Shown here one piece after another: positions 1 to 7,263 of a stretch of 40,503 nucleotides of DNA. Position 1 is the first letter of the stretch. Each line of letters starts with the position of its first letter. The notes under the pieces are model-generated. The model did not search any database and was not told where the DNA came from. It saw only the letters and a program-made list of their open reading frames with translations. Both the position numbers and the translations under genes were made by a program. Origin of the DNA: Candidatus Omnitrophota bacterium (lineage in GTDB: Bacteria > Omnitrophota > Gorgyraeia > Gygaellales > JAMWCP01); assembly GCA_023819665.1 (NCBI GenBank), contig JAMWCP010000003.1, positions 1 to 40,503 of the forward strand. The letters are read 5' to 3'.

Positions 1-2
1 TT

Positions 3-341
3 AGTTATTCTGTAGGTAATTTCGAGGAAGCGATCGATTTTTATCGTAAAGCCATAGAAAATTCTTCTTCTAAACAGGCAGTTTTTTTTCAGTTTAGAAT
101 TGCAGAGTGTTTTCAAGAAGCCTTTCGTTTAGATGAAGCCATCCAGGAGTACCTTAAGGTAAGTTATTTTTATCCACAGAATAAATCTTTATGCGCAAAG
201 GCATTGTTAAGGATAGCTCAAATTTATGAAGACAGAGAGGATATTCAATCAGCTAAAAGCATATATCAGAAGATATTACAGATGGATGTTCAAGAAGCAA
301 AGTACGCAAAGGAGAGGCTTGATTTGCTTGGTTTACAATAA
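3..341 (+). CDS. Tetratricopeptide-repeat protein, 5'-truncated by window edge (CpoB/BamD-like TPR)
   Basis: Open frame from 3 to TAA at 339-341, not in ORF track: SYSVGNFEEAIDFYRKAI...FRIAECFQEAFRLDEAIQEYLKV...ALLRIAQIYEDREDIQSAKSIYQKIL; three TPR-like helix pairs; directly upstream of exbB. Confidence 0.85.
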   Translation, partial: SYSVGNFEEAIDFYRKAIENSSSKQAVFFQFRIAECFQEAFRLDEAIQEYLKVSYFYPQNKSLCAKALLRIAQIYEDREDIQSAKSIYQKILQMDVQEAKYAKERLDLLGLQ

Positions 342-358
342 AAGAAAGGAGCTTAGAG

Positions 359-976
359 ATGTGGCAACTGTTTTTGAAGGGTGGGGCAGTGATGTGGCCA
401 ATTCTTATTTGTTCGATATTTGCTTTAGCAATTATTCTAGAGAAGTTATATTTTTTACATAAAAATAGTATTGATGATGCTCAACTGTTCTTAAAGGATA
501 TTAAGGATAAATTAAAGCGACACGATATAAAAGAGGCAGTTAAATTATGTGATCAACAAAACACTTCTGTTTCTCGTGTAGTGAAGGCGGCAATCTTGAA
601 ATTCGATCGCGGCAAAGAGGAAATAAAAGAAGCAATTGAGGAAACCGCTCTCTATGAGATACCGCATTTAGAGAAAAATTTGAATATGCTGGCTACCATT
701 GCCCACATTTCTCCTCTTTTAGGTCTTCTGGGCACCGTTACAGGAATGGTAAAATGTTTTTATACTATTCAGACAAAAACAAGTACCTTTAATCCAGTTT
801 CTGCGGCTGATTTGGCAGGAGGAATTTGGGAAGCTTTGCTTACTACAGTTTTTGGTTTAGTAGTGGCAATACCTACTTTTGTAGCTTATAATTATCTTGT
901 AGGTAGAGTAAATCATGTTATTCTAGAAATGGAACAGATTTCTACGGAAATAGTGAATTTTTTACACAATAATTAA
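359..976 (+). CDS. exbB: MotA/TolQ/ExbB proton-channel family protein
   Basis: GGAVMWPILICS first TM, SPLLGLLGTVTGM and GGIWEALLTTVFGLVVAIP motifs; RBS AAAGGAG upstream. Confidence 0.9.
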   Translation: MWQLFLKGGAVMWPILICSIFALAIILEKLYFLHKNSIDDAQLFLKDIKDKLKRHDIKEAVKLCDQQNTSVSRVVKAAILKFDRGKEEIKEAIEETALYEIPHLEKNLNMLATIAHISPLLGLLGTVTGMVKCFYTIQTKTSTFNPVSAADLAGGIWEALLTTVFGLVVAIPTFVAYNYLVGRVNHVILEMEQISTEIVNFLHNN

Positions 977-983
977 AAGAGTT

Positions 984-1382
984 ATGCGTTTTAAAAGACA
1001 TATAGAATTTGAGCATGGTTTAAGACAGATTGATATCGCTCCTTTAGTGGATATGATATTTCAGTTACTTATTTTCTTTATGCTTACCTCCTCTTTTATT
1101 ATTCAACAGGGTATCAGGGTTAATCTTCCCCGTGCTATTACTTCTGAAATGGTAAAGAGGGAAAATATAGAAATTTCTATATCTGCAGAGAATGTTATAT
1201 ATCTAAACGAACAAGTAGTAACTTTGCAGGAACTTAAAGAGATACTTAATAATTTTAATCGTAAAGATATCTCTGTTTTAATTAAAGCAGATCGTCGAGC
1301 AATATTGGGAAGGGTAGTAGAAGTTTGGGATATTTTACGAGAAGTAGGTTTATCTCATATAAATATTGCTACTACCCAATAA
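984..1382 (+). CDS. exbD: ExbD/TolR biopolymer transport protein
   Basis: IDIAPLVDMIFQLLIFFML TM with conserved Asp; VNLP and LIKADR motifs; follows exbB. Confidence 0.92.
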   Translation: MRFKRHIEFEHGLRQIDIAPLVDMIFQLLIFFMLTSSFIIQQGIRVNLPRAITSEMVKRENIEISISAENVIYLNEQVVTLQELKEILNNFNRKDISVLIKADRRAILGRVVEVWDILREVGLSHINIATTQ

Positions 1383-1398
1383 ACAATACTAAGAATAT

Positions 1399-2045
1399 AT
1401 GCGGAATTTATCTTTCAATACGACCGTTATTCTTTCTCTATGCGGTCATATTTTAGGATTTACTTTTATTCAACCTACTTTAGGGAATATATTTCAAAAG
1501 TCAGAATGGTTAAAAATATTTTTTTTAGGTTCTTTATTTAATCAAAAAGATCTTTTATTTTCTGTAGATAATGATTTATTAAAAGAAAAGAGGTTTTTTG
1601 TTAATATTAACATAGAAGAATAAATCTAAGAAAACTCGTTAGTTTAGATTATCATAATAATTTTTATTATCCCAAAGAACGCAATTTATTCCAGATGAGT
1701 ATAGAGGAGAAAAAAGCCTTATTTTATCCTAAATCAACTCTCTATGTAGAATCATTAGACTCAGAAGAGAAGGAAGGTTCTTTGATGTTTTATCCTTACT
1801 TACCTTATAGTTTTATTATCTATTTTAAAGATCGGCAGAAGATATCATTGGAGTTTTTATTCTATACCTCCAAAAGAGAAGGAATAGCTTATCTTAAAAG
1901 AAAGATATCTTGCGGTAATTTAGAGGTTGATCTATTGGTGATGCGCTATATTACGAGGAGTTTGTGTTTATTAAAAGATTTTTTTTCTGTTAACGAATGG
2001 CAAACAGTAAAGATAGAACTTAGTCGTAAAGATGATAAGGATTGA
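1399..2045 (+). pseudogene. TonB/TolA-like energy transducer split by a single frameshift near 1611-1620 (ORFs 1399..1623 and 1695..2045)
   Basis: N-terminal TM has S-x3-H (SLCGH); downstream ORF has TonB_C-like ISCGNLEVDLLVMRYI; the downstream frame is open from 1611, overlapping the end of the upstream ORF; position after exbBD. Confidence 0.65.
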
Positions 2046-2265
2046 TTTTTACTGTCTGATAGCGTTTTACTTAAGCATATTTATCATTTTTTTCTTCCTT
2101 TTTGAATTAGGAAGAAAGATCCCCCGTCGGGATTTGAATATTAATCCCCATTTCATCTGGTATTGTTCCGTTTGTACTTATACCTATATAGATACACGGA
2201 GTGATTTTTATAGTATTTGTCCACGTTGTGGTTTTATCACCCAGAAAATTATAAAAAGTGATTGA
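2032..2265 (+). CDS. Small membrane-anchored zinc-ribbon protein
   Basis: N-terminal hydrophobic helix, then CSVC...CPRCG. Confidence 0.7.
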   Translation: MIRIDFYCLIAFYLSIFIIFFFLFELGRKIPRRDLNINPHFIWYCSVCTYTYIDTRSDFYSICPRCGFITQKIIKSD

Positions 2266-2289
2266 CATATTTAAAATTATAATTATAAT
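2262..2289 (+). promoter_or_regulatory. Sigma70-type promoter for the wHTH and pilX-like genes
   Basis: TTGACA (2262-2267), 16-nt spacer, TATAAT (2284-2289); AAGGAGG RBS before ATG 2306. Confidence 0.75.
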
Positions 2290-2305
2290 TTAAAAAGGAG
2301 GGATA

Positions 2306-2512
2306 ATGATTACCGAGATAGGTATTGTAGCCGGAGAGATATGGCATTATTTGGATCAACATGGAGAGACAAATTTTTCAGAGTTGGTTAGTAATATTGA
2401 CAAACCCCGCGATACTATCTTGATGAGTTTGGGGTGGTTGGCAAGAGAGGGGCATGTTATTCTGGTAGAATATAATAATGATTATCGAGTAAGTTTAAGA
2501 AGAAATGTTTAA
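2306..2512 (+). CDS. Winged helix-turn-helix protein, DUF2582 family
   Basis: IGIVAGEIWHYL...LMSLGWLAREG signature; 68 aa. Confidence 0.85.
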   Translation: MITEIGIVAGEIWHYLDQHGETNFSELVSNIDKPRDTILMSLGWLAREGHVILVEYNNDYRVSLRRNV

Positions 2513-2861
2513 AAGAAGAACTTCTAATAAATCAGTAGCCTTAGTTTATGTTTTAGGTGTCCTTGTGGCAATGATGGCGATTGCCTCTCTTATAATCACA
2601 ATTTTTTTGAGCCAATTCCGATTATCTCATCACCATACATCTCGAATGCAGGCTTATTATGCAGCAATGGCGGGGATAAATTATGCTTTTGAAAAAGTAA
2701 GGACAGGACAGATTGGTCCAACACAAGCTTATAATTATACTTTACATGATGAAGATTTTCCTGTTACGGTGAGGAATAAAAATGTTTATATAGAGGTAGC
2801 TCCCTATAACACTACCCGACAGCAACGCAGAATTAAAGTGAGAGTTAATTACCTCAATTAA
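2505..2861 (+). CDS. PilX/GspK-like minor pilin
   Basis: Basic leader then NKS|VALVYVLGVLVAMMAIA lacking Glu5; QAYYAAMAGINYA motif typical of PilX N-terminus. Confidence 0.75.
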   Translation: MFKRRTSNKSVALVYVLGVLVAMMAIASLIITIFLSQFRLSHHHTSRMQAYYAAMAGINYAFEKVRTGQIGPTQAYNYTLHDEDFPVTVRNKNVYIEVAPYNTTRQQRRIKVRVNYLN

Positions 2862-2904
2862 TTCTTCTAATTCTTCCTTATCCCAAATTAAAAAATTTAT
2901 AATC

Positions 2905-2975
2905 TAAGTAAATTTATTATAATTTAATTTATTTTTTTACAACTTTATAATTTTTTTAAAAATAAGTAAATTTAT
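2905..2975 (+). repeat. 13-bp direct repeat TAAGTAAATTTAT upstream of the pilus operon promoter
   Basis: Exact copies at 2905-2917 and 2963-2975; AAGTAA cores recur at 2994 and 3030. Confidence 0.55.
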
Positions 2976-2987
2976 ATAAAAAAATAC

Positions 2988-3016
2988 TTGACAAAGTAAA
3001 AATATTATGTTTTAAT
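2988..3016 (+). promoter_or_regulatory. Sigma70-type promoter of the HTH-pilMNOPQBC operon
   Basis: TTGACA (2988-2993), 17-nt spacer, TTTAAT (3011-3016) with TGn extension. Confidence 0.65.
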
Positions 3017-3048
3017 ATTTTTTGTTTTAAAGTAATGAAATAGATAAA

Positions 3049-3249
3049 ATGAAAAGATTGATGAATATTGATGAATTGGCTAACTATTTAAGGTTACGCA
3101 AACAGACTATTTATAATTGGCTTTATCAGAAGAAAATATCGGGGTTTAAAGTAGGAGGGGTTTGGAGATTTGATAAAAGAGAGATTGATGCATGGTTGAA
3201 AAGCAGGAAACCGGAAGTAAAGACTAAGGAGAACAATGAGAAACAATGA
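3049..3249 (+). CDS. Excisionase/BldC-like (HTH_17) DNA-binding protein
   Basis: LMNIDELANYLRLRKQTIYNW...KISGFKVGGVWRFDKREIDAWL; overlaps the pilM start by 14 nt. Confidence 0.9.
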   Translation: MKRLMNIDELANYLRLRKQTIYNWLYQKKISGFKVGGVWRFDKREIDAWLKSRKPEVKTKENNEKQ

Positions 3250-4747
3250 TATAGGTATATATTTTGGGATAAAAGGAATTGAAATCGTTTGGGTAAAAGC
3301 AGGTAAAATTATAGATAACCTTGAGATACCTGCAGAAAAATATATTGGTACAGAGTTGGAAGAAAAAATTCCTCAAAAAACAAAAATTATAACATTAATA
3401 AAAGAAGGGTTAAGAAAAAAGGATATAGAAAGTTATGGAGTAGGTATCTGTTTTGCGGGGAGAGAGTTAATTATTCGTTCTTTTGAGCTACCTTTGAATA
3501 TTCCTTACAAGGAGTTACCCCAGGCAGTTAGTTATGAAGCCAAAAAATACATTCCTTTTAAACTGGAAGAGATATTGTATGATTTTCAGATTAAAAAAGA
3601 GTACAAAGAAAAGAAGATATTAGTAAGTTTCTTAGGAATTAAAAGGGAAACTTTTGATTTTTATTCTTCTTTAATAAGAGAAATCGGCCTTAAATTAAAT
3701 AATGTAGAATATGCAACTTTTAGTTTATTTAGATTTGCCAGAGCACTTAATTTAGAAAAAAAAGGAAGTTATGCTTTTTTGACCATCGATATTGAAGATG
3801 AAACAAGTTTTATGGTAATAGAAGAGAATTTCCCCTTATTTACACGCGATATTTATATAGAAACAAAAGAGGTCAGTAATGAATTCTGGATAGAGAAATT
3901 AAAAAGCGAGATTCAATTATCTCTGGATTATTATTATCATCGTAAATTTCCTTCCAAACATATAGAAAAGATAATTATTTTAGGAACGCCTCAGATTAAA
4001 GAGGCATGTGTCAAATTAAGTCAGCAGGTGGAATGGATATTGGAATTTGTGGATATATCAGATATAACTCAATCTTACAAATATACTTTGAGTTCTTTGA
4101 AATCTTTTGGCATTTGTTTAGGTTCTACTGTGAAGCTTCCTTTTAGGTTTGATCTTCTTGGAATATGGGAAAAAGAGAGAAAAAAAGAGCGAATAAAAGA
4201 GCCGTTATGGGAGGAGGTTTCTTTACAGAGTATAAAGCCTTCGTTAGGGGTAATAATCTTATCTATTTTTATGGTTGTTGTTACATTTATGGTGCAATTT
4301 TATGAAGGTATCCCTATAAAAAAAGAGATAGAAAAGATGGTTTCTACAATGTTAAAAAATTATCCTCTGTTAGGAACAAAAACCATCGGAGAATTGGAAG
4401 ATAAAAAATCAGATTACAATAATAAACTCTATAATATGCATAATGCTTTTAGAGGTTATTCCTATATTACCCCTAATCTAAACATAATTCCTCAACTTCT
4501 TCCGCAGGGTGTATGGTTAGTAGAGTTGAATTTTAAGCAAGGAAAGGATGATAAAGGGTTTTTGTTGAAGGGGAGAGCTTATCTTAAAGATTATAATAAA
4601 GAGATAGAGGCTATCAATAAGTTTTTTTCTGATTTAAAAAATAAATCCGAGATTGCAAAGATCTATAAGAATATTGAGTTAGTTTCTATAGAACGTTCGG
4701 AAATAGAAAAAGAATTGGTAACTAATTTTATTATTATAGGTAAGTAG
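3236..4747 (+). CDS. pilM: Type IV pilus PilM-PilN fusion protein
   Basis: N-terminal actin-like PilM (ELIIRSFELP, EAKKYIPF, PLFTRDI, EIQLSLDYY), then a TM and PilN-like LLPQGVWLVEL...LKGRA. Confidence 0.85.
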   Translation: MRNNDIGIYFGIKGIEIVWVKAGKIIDNLEIPAEKYIGTELEEKIPQKTKIITLIKEGLRKKDIESYGVGICFAGRELIIRSFELPLNIPYKELPQAVSYEAKKYIPFKLEEILYDFQIKKEYKEKKILVSFLGIKRETFDFYSSLIREIGLKLNNVEYATFSLFRFARALNLEKKGSYAFLTIDIEDETSFMVIEENFPLFTRDIYIETKEVSNEFWIEKLKSEIQLSLDYYYHRKFPSKHIEKIIILGTPQIKEACVKLSQQVEWILEFVDISDITQSYKYTLSSLKSFGICLGSTVKLPFRFDLLGIWEKERKKERIKEPLWEEVSLQSIKPSLGVIILSIFMVVVTFMVQFYEGIPIKKEIEKMVSTMLKNYPLLGTKTIGELEDKKSDYNNKLYNMHNAFRGYSYITPNLNIIPQLLPQGVWLVELNFKQGKDDKGFLLKGRAYLKDYNKEIEAINKFFSDLKNKSEIAKIYKNIELVSIERSEIEKELVTNFIIIGK

Positions 4748-4750
4748 AAT

Positions 4751-5296
4751 ATGGGGATTAAAAATATAAAAGAGATTGTCAATGCATTTATTTTAATTAT
4801 AGGAATTATTGTTAGTTTAATTACTTATAATCTTCAAAAAAATCAAAATACTGCTCACAAGAAAAGATTGGAGATGGAAAAATATAAAAGTGGATTATTA
4901 AATGAGTTATTAAATTTAGAAGACAATTTAAAGAAGTGTCGAAAAATTTTAAAAATAAAAGATACTTCCGAACTTATGGGTAAGATTAATCAATTAGCAG
5001 AAAGAAGCGGGGCAAAGGTTCTTTCGATCAAACCTGAAGAAGAAGATTTTGCTAAGAAAAATCCTTTTTATACAAAATCAACTTTGAGGCTTATTTTAGA
5101 AGCAGGAGATTACCATGCTTTAGGGAATTTTATTGCTCAATTAGAATCAGATGAGGATTTATATAAGATTGAGTCTTTAACTATAAAACCGTCAAGAAAA
5201 AAAAGTGGTGAATTTCTTAAAGATGATGTAAAAATAGAAGAGATAACGGTGCTTAAGGCGGAGATGGTAATTATAAGGTTTAATTTTAAAGGATGA
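4751..5296 (+). CDS. pilO: Type IV pilus assembly protein PilO
   Basis: N-terminal TM, coiled coil, LAERSG...SIKP and GDYHALGNFIAQLE motifs. Confidence 0.85.
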   Translation: MGIKNIKEIVNAFILIIGIIVSLITYNLQKNQNTAHKKRLEMEKYKSGLLNELLNLEDNLKKCRKILKIKDTSELMGKINQLAERSGAKVLSIKPEEEDFAKKNPFYTKSTLRLILEAGDYHALGNFIAQLESDEDLYKIESLTIKPSRKKSGEFLKDDVKIEEITVLKAEMVIIRFNFKG

Positions 5297-5748
5297 AAAA
5301 AGAGATTATCTTTTTTATTTTTGTTAGTTATGTATTAATAAGCAGAGGAATAATCTGTGCAGAAGAGAAAAAGAATTCTGATTTTCTTTCTCCTTCTTCA
5401 GTAAGATACACTTCTTATAACCTTAGAGATCCCTTTGAAGATTACCTTATACCCAAAATGAAACTACAATCTAAAAAAGAAGAAAAAACCCAATTGCCTC
5501 CTGCCGTCTCTATTCAAGGGGTGATTTGGCAAGGAACGGTACCCATGGCTATCATTGATAATAAAGTAGTAAAAGTAGGAGATACAATAGCGGTCAGGAA
5601 TGAATTAATTAAAATTACTGAAATTAATAAAGAAGGGGTCAAATTTCTCTATCAGGGAAATGAATTTAGCTTATTATCTCCCGGTTCCATTTATAAAATT
5701 AGAAGCGAAAAAAGTAAAAAGGATAAAAAAGAAGGAGGGAAAGAATGA
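5293..5748 (+). CDS. PilP/GspB-like pilus assembly protein
   Basis: Signal/TM, LRDPF motif, IQGVIW...AIIDNKVVKVGD beta domain; lies between pilO and the secretin. Confidence 0.75.
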   Translation: MKKEIIFFIFVSYVLISRGIICAEEKKNSDFLSPSSVRYTSYNLRDPFEDYLIPKMKLQSKKEEKTQLPPAVSIQGVIWQGTVPMAIIDNKVVKVGDTIAVRNELIKITEINKEGVKFLYQGNEFSLLSPGSIYKIRSEKSKKDKKEGGKE

Positions 5749-7262
5749 GAAGGATGTCCTTTTTAATTATTAGTATAATAATATTAAGTTTGGTTTTAAT
5801 AAAACCGGCGAACTCAGAATTATCTTCTGATTTTGAAGAGATACTCTTTGATGAAGAGACAGGAGAGGAGCCATTGATTTCTTTAGATTTTAAAGATGCG
5901 AGTTTAAAAGATGTACTTAAGGTTTTTTCTATGCAGGCAGGATTGAATTTTATTGCTTCGGAAGATATACAGGATAAAAAAATTACCCTTTATTTAGAAG
6001 GAGTGCCTTTAAGTAAAGCTATGGAGAAAATATTTGAAGCAAATAATCTTACCTATAAATTTGATGAGAAAGCAAAAATATATATTGTTAAACCTCCTCC
6101 TACCCCTCCGCCTGTAGAACCTATCACTAAAGTCTATTTCTTAAAATATGTTACGGTTGGTTCCTCCTCTTTGGTTAAAGAGATGAGGAGTTATTTAGAG
6201 GAAGAAAAAGGAGGTTCTATAGGAGAAAGCGTGGGAATCACAGAGGCGATCAGAAAAGTTCTTTCTGATAAAGGTAAAGTAGTTGAAGAACCTCAGACTA
6301 ATAGTTTAATTGTTACTGATTTTCCCAAACAATTTCCTCTTGTTGAAGAAGTGATTAAGCGTTTAGATACCCCGATAGTTCAGGTGATATTAGAGGTAGA
6401 AATGTTGGATGTCAATAAAAATAAATTAGAGCGGATGGGGATAAAGTTTGGAGATATTAATGATTTTCCTTCTGTTTTAGCGATGACAATTACGGGAGCA
6501 CAACGAGGGACAAAATTCCCTTTTTCTGCTCTTTGGCCAAAACCGGAAGATGATATTTCTACTCCTCGGTCAGAAGTTACAGAAGCAGGTAAGATAAGTT
6601 TTGCTAATTCCTATCAAGTACTTTTAGATCTTATTAAATCTTATTCTGATACGAAGATTCTAGCGCGTCCTCGGATATTAACTTTAAATAATCGTACTGC
6701 AGAAATAAAGGTTGTTTCTAATGAGGCAGTCAACGAAGAGGTAACTTTTGATGAAAAGGGTAACATTGTCGGGCGTGATTATGAACGTATAGAAGTAGGG
6801 GTTTCTTTAAGAATTACTCCCCAGGTTAATTTAGAAGAGAGAGAGATCACTATGTTTATTATACCAAAAGTTTCTAATACCAAAATAAGTGGTATTTCTT
6901 CTGTAGTGCTTGATCCGGAGGAGCGTACAACAAAGAGCTTGGTAAGAGTAAAAGATGGAGAGACAGTTATTTTAGGAGGACTTATTCATAATGATTTCAA
7001 TAAAATTAATACCAAGGTCCCTCTTTTAGGAGATATACCTGTTATTGGTGCTCTTTTTAGGCATAAAGAAGTCAAAAGAAATAAAGAGAGAGAATTATTG
7101 GTTTTTATAACTCCTCGTATTGTAATGGATAAAAAATTAGCTAAACTTACCGAAATTCCTGTTCCCGAAGAAGAAAAAGGTTTTTATGTTTTTCAGCAAA
7201 AAGATGAACTTCGCTACAAAACCATAGGTAATTTTCTAAATAATTTTGAAAAAGCGAAGTAG
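5745..7262 (+). CDS. pilQ: Type IV pilus/T2SS secretin
   Basis: Signal peptide, ISLDFKDASLKDVL (N0/STN), TNSLIVTD (N3), LARPRILTLNN and KVPLLGDIPVIGALF secretin motifs. Confidence 0.92.
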   Translation: MRRMSFLIISIIILSLVLIKPANSELSSDFEEILFDEETGEEPLISLDFKDASLKDVLKVFSMQAGLNFIASEDIQDKKITLYLEGVPLSKAMEKIFEANNLTYKFDEKAKIYIVKPPPTPPPVEPITKVYFLKYVTVGSSSLVKEMRSYLEEEKGGSIGESVGITEAIRKVLSDKGKVVEEPQTNSLIVTDFPKQFPLVEEVIKRLDTPIVQVILEVEMLDVNKNKLERMGIKFGDINDFPSVLAMTITGAQRGTKFPFSALWPKPEDDISTPRSEVTEAGKISFANSYQVLLDLIKSYSDTKILARPRILTLNNRTAEIKVVSNEAVNEEVTFDEKGNIVGRDYERIEVGVSLRITPQVNLEEREITMFIIPKVSNTKISGISSVVLDPEERTTKSLVRVKDGETVILGGLIHNDFNKINTKVPLLGDIPVIGALFRHKEVKRNKERELLVFITPRIVMDKKLAKLTEIPVPEEEKGFYVFQQKDELRYKTIGNFLNNFEKAK

Positions 7263-7263
7263 T

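Noticed and set aside
226-462. 78-aa + strand ORF from the track
   Set aside because: Out-of-frame overlap with the TPR gene and exbB; no recognisable motif
1621-1623. Stop-codon readthrough or recoding in the TonB-like gene
   Set aside because: The downstream half is in a different frame, so a frameshift is needed; all other genes end normally under the standard bacterial code
3049-3249. Prophage or ICE excisionase marking a mobile element
   Set aside because: No integrase, att repeats or phage genes; the gene overlaps pilM and the other HTH_17 copies sit among housekeeping genes
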